Shown: positions 10,308 to 21,368, numbered from the whole stretch's first letter. The stretch: DNA of 61,393 bases, filler included, from Candidatus Woesearchaeota archaeon (GCA_030753365.1; 6 parts of 6 records of this genome joined end to end with filler, not necessarily neighbours in it), one strand, 5' to 3'. The notes: generated from the letters alone by a model not told the origin. Numbers and translations: made by a program.

Positions 10308-13300
10308 TTATCCAAACCATTTGCCTAAGCCTTCCTGCTTCTCTTTATCTTTACCAAACACGCTCTCAACTCTCCTCTTAGTTAATTCAAGAGTCTGCAC
10401 AAGATAGTTGGGAACGCCATACTTAGTAGCCAAGCTCATAGAAGGCTCTAAATACTTGACAACGCCTCCTTCAGGAATAGTAAAAATAATCTTACCTCCA
10501 CATTCAACACATTTCCCAATCAATGGTGGCCTTCTATAAATTTCATTGCATTTGACGCATCTGAACTGCTGCATAGAAAACTTCCTTAAATTTCCTTTAA
10601 TATCCTTCAAAAAATGCTTCTCTATAACAAACTTAGCAACTTCAGGCGCATCAACAGCCCTAATCTTCTCAGCAAGATCCATCTGCCCCTTCAGCTTATC
10701 CTGCATAGAAGGCAGCAACTTATAATCAGAACACTTAACTCCTAAATTAATATCAGAAGTATCATGGGTAAAACCAGTCCCTAGATACATGTCCTCAGAT
10801 TTAAGCTTGTCTGCAAACAGTTCTACTTTTAATGACCATGGCGCCTTATACTCTAAAGCTGCTTCATACAGTTCAAGTGGATATTTCCAGACAGTGTCCA
10901 TATCAAATATCATGTCATCAACTTCAGAAGGGATGAGCTTTGTAGTCAGTACAAGAGGAGCATCCTGCACAGAACCTCTATGGGCTGGGAGGAACTGCCT
11001 TGAAAAGTTAAGCAGCGCATCCATTAAAAGGATAACGGATGCTTCATCACCATCACAATCCCTCCTTGTAGCTGCATGCACCAAAGGATGCGCATAAAAT
11101 CCTTGAGTCTTTGAAAAACCTATAATCCTGCCAAGCATGGCCGCAGAAGTGTGAGGAGCTAAGCATAATACAAGCGAGCCAATAATATCCATTCCTGATT
11201 CTGCATTATAAAACGGCTTTTGTTTATACAACTTGACCAATAATTCATCAATAAACTTTGCAACTCTAACTAAAACCTTATCCGCTCCCTCATCAGTTGC
11301 CTGATGACACAAAGGAAGCACAATATCTTGTGGAAAAATCTCAAGAATCTGGTTAGGCTCTTCCAATTCTTTGCCATGAATATCCTTTTCATAACCAAGT
11401 TCTCTCAATCTCTCAATAGATGTCCCAATCTCTTTCGGTTTAAAATGAGTGAGAGCAAGCTGTGTCATATCATACCTTGTAGTCCCATCCTTATTCACAT
11501 ATATACTATGCTTTGCTCTCAATATACCTTTAACTATATGCTCAGGAACATGTTCCTTATTAGAAGTTCCCCTAACACCTTTTATTAAATCAGGGTAAGT
11601 ACTTGTTCTAAGCATCTTTAAAGCATTGTTAAAAATAGGATTAATACTAACATCCTTTCTTCTATAAGAAACTGTATCACCATGCCTAGGGCATTTTTCA
11701 GACTTCACAAGTTCTCCACACATCTTACAATAATAACCTTTCACCGTTTTCCTGCCGCAATCCTCACAAACTCTGAAAATTGTCTCTTTGCTGCACTTAG
11801 AACATATAAAAACAGGAAACTCCGCCTTAATCTTCCTGGCATCCAGAGCAGACTGGAAACATCTCATCCTGCCACCTTCATTTCCCACAGGAAACAGCAC
11901 TTGTGGAGCTCCTGTCAACTTCCTCATCTTCGCTTTCTCTGGTCTGCCCATTCTTGCGCCTATAAAAGTGCCAGCTTTATCTCTAATCCTAACCTTAGAA
12001 ATCATATTAATTATCTCTAAAACGTTCTTATCCTTCTTCTCAACAGCAATCTTCTTTGAAGCTTCTATATCTTCCCGTTTACTAATATTAAGCGAACACA
12101 AAAAGCCAGCTGCATCATTCTTCTCAATAACCACAAACTCCTTATTAACAACCTTATGAGGAATTCCTAACAACTCTATCACACGCTTTCCTTCTTCCTC
12201 CAAAGGCAAAATAATCTTATTAACAACATCGCCTTCCTTGGAAATATTGATTTTATCCAACCATTTAAACAAGCTCATCAGCTGCTCAAAAGAAATCGTA
12301 CTCCAGTAATATGTATAATCAGGATACAAAGGTATGGAAAGCCTTTCAGAAATCCTAACCGCCTCTTCTCCGCTTAACTTCTGTCTCAAAGGATTCTTTA
12401 GCAAAGGCTCCAATAAAGCTACAGGAACATCCACAAGTTCTGACAGCTTATCCAAATCCAATGTGCCAAAAGAATCCACAATAGCTTTTTCCAATTCCTG
12501 TATCCACCATTCCTCACAATAACCTACTGGAACAAGCGAGTGGGCTCTGTTAAAAAAATCACCATAATTAACAAGGAGGTCTCCCATAAAAATAATCTCC
12601 TTAACATCCTTACTATATTCTTTCCCTTCAGCTTCAGTATTGATTCTAATAACAGAACCATCTTTCAATTTCACAATAGGCCCTAGTATAGTATCACAAG
12701 ATGAAAGAGAAGTGGCTTTTCCAGGCCTCTCCATCTTTAACTGGGTCCCAATCCCAATATACTTATCAAGAATATACATTGTCCCGGGATGTATATCAGC
12801 AGATGAATACCCAGAATTCCTGCACCTACCCAATCTTAACCTAAACCCTCCCACTCTAAGAGGAAAAGTAAGCACAGGCCTGCCAGCTACAAGATCTTTA
12901 ATAAATGTATAGTCAGGAGTAATCTTAACATCTTTAGCCTCATCATCATGCTTACCCTTCCCAGCCTTCGCCTTCTTCTGTATCTTCAAAAACTCTTCAA
13001 GGAAATTCCATTGAGTCATATCAAAGTCTCCTCCCCATTTTGATAATTGTTTCCAAAGCTTAGGCGCTTTCTGGCAAAGGCATTCACCAATAACCAAACA
13101 AGTTCCATTCCTAATTATATTAGTCTCAATCCTCTCAAGATCCTTATAATTAGAAACCTCAATCTTCTCTGAAGGGTCCCCATCTATCTGCACAGGCAGG
13201 TTCTCCACCAAAAATTTAACCTCATTCTCAGAAGGAAGGTACTGAAGATTAGAAATTCTTTCATGATAATCATAAACCTCAGTAACCATCCTCTTAATCT

Positions 13301-13856
13301 CTTTCTCAGTAGCATCATACACAGAATAGCCCATCTTCTTTCTCACATAATCTGAGATAAGCACAGAAACTGCAGCTCCCGTGCCGCCAGCGCTCCTTAT
13401 AGGCCCAGCATAAAACAAAGCAAAATACTCTTTGCCATCCTGCCTCTTCTTAATCTTAATATCACTCAATCCTTCAAGAGGGGAAGCCACAGTTCCAAGA
13501 GTAATATAAGCAAACCCAACCCTAATTCCAGTCAATATAGCCTCAATCTTTGAATCAAACTTACAAACCTTGCCCTTGGCAATCTCTTCAGCAATCGTCA
13601 AAGAAACTCTCCAATCCAACAACCCAAACTTTTCCTCCAGCTGCCTAATCCTCTTAGAAACACCAGAACCCTTAATCTGTGGCGCAATAGTAGAAATAAG
13701 CCCCTCAACCCTCTCAGCCATATCCTTAGCAATAGGAATATTAACTGTATCCTCTGGATCAAAACCTTTCTTCCTTGCCTCACTGGCAACCTTATAAGCG
13801 GACTTAATCTCATCATCTACTTTGTTAAAATAATTTTCAATATTGTTAGTTATCAT
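10308..13856 (-). CDS. polC: DNA polymerase D large subunit DP2
   Basis: GPIRSAGGT, RRDCDGDE, Zn fingers; no intein seen. Confidence 0.97.
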   Translation of the reverse strand: MITNNIENYFNKVDDEIKSAYKVASEARKKGFDPEDTVNIPIAKDMAERVEGLISTIAPQIKGSGVSKRIRQLEEKFGLLDWRVSLTIAEEIAKGKVCKFDSKIEAILTGIRVGFAYITLGTVASPLEGLSDIKIKKRQDGKEYFALFYAGPIRSAGGTGAAVSVLISDYVRKKMGYSVYDATEKEIKRMVTEVYDYHERISNLQYLPSENEVKFLVENLPVQIDGDPSEKIEVSNYKDLERIETNIIRNGTCLVIGECLCQKAPKLWKQLSKWGGDFDMTQWNFLEEFLKIQKKAKAGKGKHDDEAKDVKITPDYTFIKDLVAGRPVLTFPLRVGGFRLRLGRCRNSGYSSADIHPGTMYILDKYIGIGTQLKMERPGKATSLSSCDTILGPIVKLKDGSVIRINTEAEGKEYSKDVKEIIFMGDLLVNYGDFFNRAHSLVPVGYCEEWWIQELEKAIVDSFGTLDLDKLSELVDVPVALLEPLLKNPLRQKLSGEEAVRISERLSIPLYPDYTYYWSTISFEQLMSLFKWLDKINISKEGDVVNKIILPLEEEGKRVIELLGIPHKVVNKEFVVIEKNDAAGFLCSLNISKREDIEASKKIAVEKKDKNVLEIINMISKVRIRDKAGTFIGARMGRPEKAKMRKLTGAPQVLFPVGNEGGRMRCFQSALDARKIKAEFPVFICSKCSKETIFRVCEDCGRKTVKGYYCKMCGELVKSEKCPRHGDTVSYRRKDVSINPIFNNALKMLRTSTYPDLIKGVRGTSNKEHVPEHIVKGILRAKHSIYVNKDGTTRYDMTQLALTHFKPKEIGTSIERLRELGYEKDIHGKELEEPNQILEIFPQDIVLPLCHQATDEGADKVLVRVAKFIDELLVKLYKQKPFYNAESGMDIIGSLVLCLAPHTSAAMLGRIIGFSKTQGFYAHPLVHAATRRDCDGDEASVILLMDALLNFSRQFLPAHRGSVQDAPLVLTTKLIPSEVDDMIFDMDTVWKYPLELYEAALEYKAPWSLKVELFADKLKSEDMYLGTGFTHDTSDINLGVKCSDYKLLPSMQDKLKGQMDLAEKIRAVDAPEVAKFVIEKHFLKDIKGNLRKFSMQQFRCVKCNEIYRRPPLIGKCVECGGKIIFTIPEGGVVKYLEPSMSLATKYGVPNYLVQTLELTKRRVESVFGKDKEKQEGLGKWFG

Positions 13857-13920
13857 TTTCTTTAAGAAGAATAAACCCTTAAAAAAGTAAAGAGATGTGT
13901 TACTTAAATATTTTTATGTT

Positions 13921-14056
13921 TAGAAATCGCTATATCCCACAACTGAAGTTGTAGGTATTGCGATTTCTGACATGCTCAGAAATGTAAAGCATTTCTGGCA
14001 CACAGGGAGCTTCGCTTCCTTGTGTCCTAGAAATCAGCTTTTCGGCTGATTTCTAT
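13921..14056. repeat. Intergenic array of four hairpins, three closed by AGAAAT...ATTTCT
   Basis: Stems visible by inspection; shares ATTTCTGA(G)CATGCTCA with 22655-22807. Confidence 0.6.
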
Positions 14057-14098
14057 GATTTTAGAGGATATATGTTAGAGTAAGTATTTTAAACTTAT

Positions 14099-14455
14099 TC
14101 ACTCTTTATTCCATTTAATCATTGTTCCATTTCTTCTTGCATCCTTAATTGTGAATCCATTAGGGTATCTCTTTTTTAGTTTCTCTATGTTCTCATTCAG
14201 AACTTCTTGCATATCCCATCCGAAGAAGTTACAAATCATTGCAGCATACCATAAAGTATCTCCAATGTTTTCTCTTATTCCTATTTTCTGGTCATTGTCA
14301 TGAATAATTGTTTTTTTTATACAAGATGCAATATCTCCGGCTTCTCCTGCAATACCTAAACCCCATGTAAGAATTTCTTTATCAGGGATGTCAAACTTTT
14401 TAGCAGTATTCTTACATAACTCCTGATATTCTTTTAATGTTTTGTTTGATTCCAT
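14099..14455 (-). CDS. MazG-like NTP pyrophosphohydrolase
   Basis: LGIAGEAGD, ENIGDTLWY, NIEKLKKRYP. Confidence 0.88.
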   Translation of the reverse strand: MESNKTLKEYQELCKNTAKKFDIPDKEILTWGLGIAGEAGDIASCIKKTIIHDNDQKIGIRENIGDTLWYAAMICNFFGWDMQEVLNENIEKLKKRYPNGFTIKDARRNGTMIKWNKE

Positions 14456-14490
14456 AAGCATGTTATAAAGTTAAAAACTTATTAAGTTTT

Positions 14491-15963
14491 CTAAAACCTC
14501 ATCACCTTAACCTCTCTGGTTTTAAGGTTAACAATCGGTACTCTGCATGGTTCAGGATGATGGCCTACTTTCTCCTGGAAAGCAGTCTTAGATTGCCAGC
14601 ATGAGCAGCAAATTAAAGAAATGTTCCTGTATAATGAAACAGAAGACTTGTGGATGTGACCTGTTACAAAGAAGTCTGGCAGAGCATCAATCACTAAGGG
14701 GTCTCTTGATTGCTCAGGAATATACAAAGTAGAAGTATGCGTAGGCGCAAGGTGCCTTCTCTGCAACAAAAACTTCATAATCAAGTCAGGCCTGTCATAA
14801 CCTCCTTTATTTCTAATGTTCTCAACATTCGCAACAAAATAATCAAACGAAAACCCATGATAAAGCAAAACATCAAAGCCAGGAAAATCTGAATTAGAGC
14901 CAATATTAACAAAAGAGGGATTAGATACCATTGTAACATTAGGCAGATCCCATATAGGTCCTGCAAAATCCTTATACAAAACAGGCTGCGGCTCAGCAAT
15001 CCTCATAGAATCATGGTTACCAGGGCAAATAATAAGTTTCTTCTCAGGAGAAATCTTCTTAAGCAGTTCAGCGCAATAACCATACTGTTTATAAACATCC
15101 TTTATGGTGAGTTCATCCTCCTGCCCAGGATAAATTCCCACGCCATCAATAAGGTCTCCAACAATAAAAACATATTTTACCTTTTTGCTAACCGCTTTCT
15201 GTGCTTCACTGCCAAGGTCTCCATTAAGCCACCTTATAAACTTAACAAGTTCCTTTTCCATAAAATTATTAGAGCCTACATGCAGATCAGAAATAAAAAC
15301 TGCATATTCCTCTTCATTAGACTTCTTCAATTGTTTTGTAAAAGGCACATCAGGCACTATAATATTATCCACAAAAACAAAGTTATTGCTTGCAGAGCCT
15401 AAAATGCCAATTACCTCATCAAGCACTATATCTTTTGCCTTCTCAAGCAATTCAGGCTTGCTCTTATGCATACAAACTTTTATATTTCCTGTTGGATCCT
15501 CAATTTCAACTAAAACATTCCCAGTTTTAGTAGTATTCTTGTCTTTTACTAATCCTATAATAGATACTTTCTCCCTTTCACGAATATCTTTAACCCTATT
15601 AATCGAAACAAGATTAGACAGTTCTGACCGGCTCTTAAGTATTGAACTTAAAGAATTAAACCTTTTATTAAAATAAGAAACAAAATCCTGAACACACCTC
15701 TTTTTGCTCTCTTCTTCGTAGGAAGATATTATTTTTATAGTCTTATCATCTTCAATATGCACAATGTTCTCATCCTGCTTAATTTGGTTTAATTTATCAA
15801 CTATCTTCTCATTAAAAAACAATGAATCATCATCCTTCAACTTCTCATATAATAGCAATAAATCTTCTTTAGATTCTATTTTATCTAAAATGTCTTTTGT
15901 AACAAGCTGGCCTTTATCCAGCAAAAACTTTACTAATTCCTGTTTAAGCTCTTCTTTTTCCAT
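14491..15963 (-). CDS. polB: DNA polymerase D small subunit DP1
   Basis: SDLHVGS, GDLIDG, PGNHD, GHIH phosphoesterase motifs plus OB fold. Confidence 0.95.
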   Translation of the reverse strand: MEKEELKQELVKFLLDKGQLVTKDILDKIESKEDLLLLYEKLKDDDSLFFNEKIVDKLNQIKQDENIVHIEDDKTIKIISSYEEESKKRCVQDFVSYFNKRFNSLSSILKSRSELSNLVSINRVKDIREREKVSIIGLVKDKNTTKTGNVLVEIEDPTGNIKVCMHKSKPELLEKAKDIVLDEVIGILGSASNNFVFVDNIIVPDVPFTKQLKKSNEEEYAVFISDLHVGSNNFMEKELVKFIRWLNGDLGSEAQKAVSKKVKYVFIVGDLIDGVGIYPGQEDELTIKDVYKQYGYCAELLKKISPEKKLIICPGNHDSMRIAEPQPVLYKDFAGPIWDLPNVTMVSNPSFVNIGSNSDFPGFDVLLYHGFSFDYFVANVENIRNKGGYDRPDLIMKFLLQRRHLAPTHTSTLYIPEQSRDPLVIDALPDFFVTGHIHKSSVSLYRNISLICCSCWQSKTAFQEKVGHHPEPCRVPIVNLKTREVKVMRF

Positions 15964-15979
15964 TTTGACTATTAAAAAT

Positions 15980-17188
15980 TCAGGACACATTAAGTGACTG
16001 CTCAAGCAAAGAAATAATTTTAGGCAGCATAGAAGGCTGGATTGCTAAAGAAATCTCTCTTGTTCTTCCATATCTCCCTTTTGAAATCACTTTCACATTC
16101 AAAATCCCAAACATGTCCAATTCTGCTATAATATCAGAAATCCTTCTCTGTGTCAGAGGTCTTAACCCTGAACGAGAACAATGCTCCTTATAGATATCAT
16201 ACACTTCCCCTGTAAGAATCACATCTTTCTTCTTCAAATACATCTTAATAATAGCATACAAAACCAGCTGGCACTGTAAAGGCTGTGTCTTAATAGTATC
16301 AACAATCCTATCCTTCTCAATCTTCTGTTCAGCCTTATCAAGATGCTCTATATTAACAGAAGGCGAACTCTCCCTTTCAGCCAGCTCTCCTGCAACCCTT
16401 GTCAACTCTAAAGCCCTTCTAGCATCACCATGTTCCCTTGCAGCATAAGCAGCGCACTTAGCAATAACTCCCTGATGAACAACATCTTCCTTAAAAGCCT
16501 TAATAACCCTTTGGCTAAGAATATCTTGTATCTGCAATGCATTATAAGGCGGAAAAATAATCTCTTCTTCAGAAAGCGAGCTCTTCACCCTTGGATCCAG
16601 ATTATCAACAAAAACAAGATCATTAGAAATCCCAACAAGGGAAAGCTGAGAATTCTTAAGCTCTTCATTGATTCTTGTAAGATTGTAAAGAATTCCATCA
16701 CCGCACTTCTTAACAAGCTGGTCAATCTCATCAAGAATCAATATAAGCAGCTGCTTCTTACTATCAACTATGTTAAAAAACGTCTTATAAATCTCATCAG
16801 TAGGCAACCCAGTAGTAGGAATATCCTTCCCAAAATCTCTAATAAGCTGCGCCATCAGCCTATACTCAGTATCAGCCACCCTTTTAAGCTTGCAATTAAT
16901 ATACAATATCTTCAAAGGAACATTCAGCTTATTTGCAGTATCAAGCAGTTGGTTTGTAATATACTTAACAACCAAAGTCTTTCCAGAGCCAACCTTTCCA
17001 TAAATAAACACATTAGAAGGCTTCTGCTTTTTAAGGCTAGGAGCTAATATCTCTGCAATCTGATCAACCTGCTCATCTCTATGTGTAATGTCATCAGGGA
17101 TATAATTCATCTGAAGTACTTGTTTATCCTTAAACAATGTATCTCTTGCAAGGAATTTCTCAAAGAATTTTGATATTTTCTTAGCCAT
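15980..17188 (-). CDS. cdc6: Orc1/Cdc6 replication initiator
   Basis: GKVGSGKT, LDEID, GDARRAL, winged-helix GRYGRT. Confidence 0.96.
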   Translation of the reverse strand: MAKKISKFFEKFLARDTLFKDKQVLQMNYIPDDITHRDEQVDQIAEILAPSLKKQKPSNVFIYGKVGSGKTLVVKYITNQLLDTANKLNVPLKILYINCKLKRVADTEYRLMAQLIRDFGKDIPTTGLPTDEIYKTFFNIVDSKKQLLILILDEIDQLVKKCGDGILYNLTRINEELKNSQLSLVGISNDLVFVDNLDPRVKSSLSEEEIIFPPYNALQIQDILSQRVIKAFKEDVVHQGVIAKCAAYAAREHGDARRALELTRVAGELAERESSPSVNIEHLDKAEQKIEKDRIVDTIKTQPLQCQLVLYAIIKMYLKKKDVILTGEVYDIYKEHCSRSGLRPLTQRRISDIIAELDMFGILNVKVISKGRYGRTREISLAIQPSMLPKIISLLEQSLNVS

Positions 17189-17243
17189 AATTAAATGTTA
17201 TATCCAAAAATCTATATAAATCTTGTTGTGATAAAATATAGAT

Positions 17244-17553
17244 ACCCTTTCATTTCCTTTGGAAAATATAAAACGGTTTTGAGGTTTGTTTGTTTTTCTT
17301 TTTTGTTTGTTTTTCTTTATCTTTCTATATTGAAAGTAAATATATATATATATATAATATATAGTATAAATATAATATAATAATAAATAAAATAATATAA
17401 TAATAAAGAAATAGCGACGATAGATTCAAATGAAGTTTAAGAAAGAGTGATAGGATTGTAGTAGAGTGTAGTGTATTTTAAGGAATAATAACAAAAAACC
17501 TTCAGACAGAGTCACTAAAATCATGAATAATTCTCCATAGGAAATCAAGGGGT
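17244..17553. promoter_or_regulatory. Putative replication origin: two inverted ORB-like boxes flanking an AT-rich unwinding element
   Basis: TTCCAAAGGAAATGAAAGGGT (minus, 17244-17264) and CTCCATAGGAAATCAAGGGGT (plus, 17533-17553) upstream of cdc6. Confidence 0.8.
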
Positions 17554-17704
17554 CTCCCTCTTCTCCTTTTTTCAGTTTTCTTTTTCAATTTTCGTTATAT
17601 TTCTTCTCATTATTTGTTTATTAATCATAAAGTAGTAACAAAACCACAACCTTTATAAACAGATAAGCGTTTTGCTACTATAGATAATCAAATAGACAAT
17701 TAAA

Positions 17705-18490
17705 ATGATAATTGATAAAGTATTTTTAAGCAAATTAAAGGATTTTGGTCTTAATAGCTATGAATGTAAGCTATGGACAGCACTCTTATCTAGAGGAATT
17801 TCTACAGCTGGTGAGCTATCAGAGATAGCTAATGTTCCAAGATCAAGAAGCTATGATGTTCTTGAAAGCCTTGAAAAGAAAGGATTCATCATAATGAAGC
17901 TTGGAAAGCCAATAAAGTATATAGCTGTAGAGCCTGATGAAGTCATAGAAAGAGTAAAAAAGACCATAGAAAAGCAGGCAGACGAAAATATTAATCTTGT
18001 TGAGAACATAAAATCAACAAATCTTCTTAATGAATTAAACACTTTATATTCAGATGGTATAGATAAAATTGATCCTATGGAGTTCTCAGGCTCTTTCAGA
18101 ACCAGAGAAAACATTTATTCTCATATGGAATCAATGATTAAAAACGGAACAAAGTCAATTATTATGAACATCTCAGAAACTGGCTTAAAAAGGAAGTTAA
18201 GAAGTTTCTCAAGATTACTTGAAAAAGCAAGCAAGAAGGGTGTTAAAATCAAAGTTGGTGTAAGAGGTAAGATTAACTTTAATGTACCTAAGCATATGGA
18301 AGTAAGAAAAAGCAACATAAATGCAAGATTCTGCATAGTAGATGGCAAAGAAATACTATTCATGTTGTCAGATGATAAGGAAATTAATGCTAACAATGAT
18401 GCAGGTGTATGGGTTAACACAGAATTCTTTACATCAGCAATTCAGAATTTCTTTGAGAATGAATGGAAAATCATGGAAAAGGTTCAGTAA
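17705..18490 (+). CDS. TrmB-family transcriptional regulator
   Basis: FGLNSYE, VPRSRSYDVLESLEKKG HTH. Confidence 0.92.
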   Translation: MIIDKVFLSKLKDFGLNSYECKLWTALLSRGISTAGELSEIANVPRSRSYDVLESLEKKGFIIMKLGKPIKYIAVEPDEVIERVKKTIEKQADENINLVENIKSTNLLNELNTLYSDGIDKIDPMEFSGSFRTRENIYSHMESMIKNGTKSIIMNISETGLKRKLRSFSRLLEKASKKGVKIKVGVRGKINFNVPKHMEVRKSNINARFCIVDGKEILFMLSDDKEINANNDAGVWVNTEFFTSAIQNFFENEWKIMEKVQ

Positions 18491-18552
18491 GGCCTTTATC
18501 TGCTGTCTTTTAACTATATTCTAACAATCTTATTATAATTTCTTTATCTTAC

Positions 18553-19755
18553 CTATTTAGTCAAATAGTAATCTTCAAGCACAATACTATCAATCTCTTC
18601 AACCTCTTTAACAATATACATTCTTCCATCTCCTAATTGAACAACTTTCTCAGCAAACTTCCTTCCTTTATCATCAAGATTAATCCCAAGCAAAGAAATT
18701 GTAATGCCACGTGCTCTTGCCTTCCCCACAGCCTCCAGAGTTTCCTTTTCAGGCTCATTTCCTTTAGTAGGCATAGCATCTGTGATAAGCATCAAATGCT
18801 TAGCTGCTCTATCATCTGGAAACAGTGTAATAGCACTCTCAATCGTATCCTTAATATTCGTTTCTCTCAGTGCTCTAACCTTTACAATCTCAAGCAAAAG
18901 TTTTGAGAAATCGTTAGTTGGCTTTATAACTGACTTAACCTCAGAATTAAACACAAGCAAGCCAACCTGATCCATATTTTCTATCGCTTTAAAAGCCAGT
19001 GCAATGCCTGCCTTCTTACACATCTCAATCTTCTTTCCTTTCATAGAACCAGACGCATCAAGGGCATACATAATCTCAATCTTACCCTTTGCTTTCCTCT
19101 TATAGCTCTTTATATCCTCAACAACCAATTCCTTATGATGCCTTCTTAAGGCTAGCTTAATACTCTTCTTTAAAGCTATATCTCTATACCTTGTATCTCT
19201 CTTATAGCCTTCTATGCTATCTTTATCACCATAAACAGACATCTTCTTGTTCTCATTTTTACCTGTTCCATATAGCTTCAGCTTATCAAGCTCTTCAAAA
19301 AGCATTGTAACAGAAGCAAGCTGGAAACCCTTTTTTGTAACACCAGAATCCTCAACCAATCCTTCATCCTTCAGCTTCTCTATATTCTCTTCAACATTCT
19401 TCTTAATCTCTCTCTTAAACTCTGGCAGGTTAATATTCTTAGAAACATAATCCGGATTATAATTTGACAAAAGCTTAATCAAAGCTTTCCCATAAATCTT
19501 CTTTGCAAGAGAAAAATTTTTAATCAGATTCTCTGAAATATCACTAGGAATAAAAGCAAGACTATGGTTAATAGCCTGGTTAAGAAGATCTCCATTGCCC
19601 GTAGTTTTCTTATCCTTCTTAACAACATTATCAACAGTCTTATCATCAAGCTCTCCAAGCTCACTTCTTAGATTGTTTTGTTCCTTTTTGCCTTCTTTTT
19701 TTTCACTGCCTGCTTCTCTAATCTCTTTCTTAAGCTCCTTGTTACGGGCAACCAC
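18553..19755 (-). CDS. VWA-domain protein (chelatase D-like partner)
   Basis: DASGSM MIDAS, LITDA; paired with AAA gene. Confidence 0.85.
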   Translation of the reverse strand: MVARNKELKKEIREAGSEKKEGKKEQNNLRSELGELDDKTVDNVVKKDKKTTGNGDLLNQAINHSLAFIPSDISENLIKNFSLAKKIYGKALIKLLSNYNPDYVSKNINLPEFKREIKKNVEENIEKLKDEGLVEDSGVTKKGFQLASVTMLFEELDKLKLYGTGKNENKKMSVYGDKDSIEGYKRDTRYRDIALKKSIKLALRRHHKELVVEDIKSYKRKAKGKIEIMYALDASGSMKGKKIEMCKKAGIALAFKAIENMDQVGLLVFNSEVKSVIKPTNDFSKLLLEIVKVRALRETNIKDTIESAITLFPDDRAAKHLMLITDAMPTKGNEPEKETLEAVGKARARGITISLLGINLDDKGRKFAEKVVQLGDGRMYIVKEVEEIDSIVLEDYYLTK

Positions 19756-20761
19756 CTAATTTCCTCTTATTTTCTTTAAAGAAATTTTTAAACCCCTCAG
19801 CAACAAACTCTTTTGGAGTTTTAAGAAACCTTATAGAAGGCTTCAACTTTATCCTGTGTTCTAAGACAGATACTATTGCCTCTTCTATGTCGTTTATGTC
19901 AACAGTTTTCTTTCCTTTAAGCAAAGCATTCGCCTGGGCTCTTTCATATAACTGTAATGATGCTCTCACTGATGGCTTTTTTTCTATATCTTCATTGTCT
20001 CTAAGCTCTCTAACAAACATTACCATGAATGTTAAAATATTATCTGGGAAATCAACCAGCCTTTTACCTTTGAGTTTAAGGATATCTCTTTCAATCTCAG
20101 TAGTCTCAGGATATCCCATATAAATCAAATCAAACCTGTCAAGAAAAACATCACTAAGCTTCTCAGTGCTAGTATCCTCAGGGTTCATTGTAGCAATAAG
20201 AATCAAGTCTGTGGGAATATCAACATCATAACTGCCAATAGTAACCTTTCCTTCCTCTAAAACCTGTAGCAAAGCATTCTGCAGTTTCTCAGGGCATCTG
20301 TTAATTTCATCAAAGAATAAAACTCCTCTGTTAGCCTTAAATACTTTACCTGGAGTGAATGCTTTAGCATCCAAAGGCCCGAACTTTAGAGCTTTAATGG
20401 GGTCTATATCTCCTATTAGGTCTTCTACAGTTAAGTCAGGGGAGCCTTGTACTCTTACAAACCTTTCATAACCTTCTCTCTTCTTCTTCTCTAAAGGCTG
20501 CCTTTCCCTGCACTCAGGACATATAACATTATTAGGATTGCAGTTAAAAGAACACTCTTTTACAACATCAATAGCTGGCAGAACAGCTGCAACGTTCTTT
20601 GCAAGCGTAGTTTTACCTATTCCAGGAGATCCAACAAGGATGATATGATGATTACTGATAAGAGCAGACTTGATTTCATTCTTAACACTATCCTGTCCTA
20701 AGATATCCTTGAATTGTTCATCTTTTCCTAAAAATGTTGTTTCAAATTGTTTGGCTAACAT
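19742..20761 (-). CDS. MoxR/Mg-chelatase-I-like AAA+ ATPase
   Basis: GSPGIGKT, FFDEINR, ATMNP, FLDRF. Confidence 0.9.
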   Translation of the reverse strand: MLAKQFETTFLGKDEQFKDILGQDSVKNEIKSALISNHHIILVGSPGIGKTTLAKNVAAVLPAIDVVKECSFNCNPNNVICPECRERQPLEKKKREGYERFVRVQGSPDLTVEDLIGDIDPIKALKFGPLDAKAFTPGKVFKANRGVLFFDEINRCPEKLQNALLQVLEEGKVTIGSYDVDIPTDLILIATMNPEDTSTEKLSDVFLDRFDLIYMGYPETTEIERDILKLKGKRLVDFPDNILTFMVMFVRELRDNEDIEKKPSVRASLQLYERAQANALLKGKKTVDINDIEEAIVSVLEHRIKLKPSIRFLKTPKEFVAEGFKNFFKENKRKLGGCP

Positions 20762-20822
20762 ACTGCTTAGAAATTCAATTCTGCTTATAAAGTTAATTAA
20801 AAATAAAGGGAAATTCAGCGCT

Positions 20823-21368
20823 TTAAGGCGTAAAACTGGTTTGTATCCTTTCTATTAACTCAGAATAATCTTCCAATTTTACTGTTAAAAGGTGTTTGAG
20901 ATATTTTCCTTTTTCACCATGCCTTTCTTCATTGTAATACTTATTTAGTGAATAAGCTATCCTATCCGCTTCATTTACCACTTTTAATTTTTTATCAGCT
21001 TTTGCTATAAATTCAATCTTAGGTATATGATGGGGATAAAGAGTTCTTTCTATTTCTTCTATTGTATGACCTTTGCATTCTCCATCAACTATTACTTTTT
21101 CAAGTGTTTTATCTCTATCAAAAAATTGGATAAATTCCACAGTAGTTGCAATAGAAATCCCCATGTCACCAAGCATATCTTTATGCAATTCTGAGATAAT
21201 TATATGCCTATACTCTTCATTTTTAGGAATAAACTTCTTTTTACGGACCTTTGAAAATAATGTTATTTCTTCAATATCTTTTTCAAATTCTGATGGCACG
21301 CACACATATATTTCTGGGAATCTTCCATGATTAGATTCATCAATGCCAAGATATAGATAAGCACCCAT
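20823..21368 (-). CDS. RNase HII-like fold protein (divergent)
   Basis: N-terminal GIDES, IVDG, KADKK...ADRIA pattern. Confidence 0.55.
   Translation of the reverse strand: MGAYLYLGIDESNHGRFPEIYVCVPSEFEKDIEEITLFSKVRKKKFIPKNEEYRHIIISELHKDMLGDMGISIATTVEFIQFFDRDKTLEKVIVDGECKGHTIEEIERTLYPHHIPKIEFIAKADKKLKVVNEADRIAYSLNKYYNEERHGEKGKYLKHLLTVKLEDYSELIERIQTSFTP

Noticed and set aside
10789..13816. Many antisense and alternate-frame ORFs over polD and other long genes
   Set aside because: Shadow ORFs of well-supported genes with no motifs
17195..17380. 61-aa ORF upstream of cdc6
   Set aside because: Low-complexity translation of the AT-rich origin region
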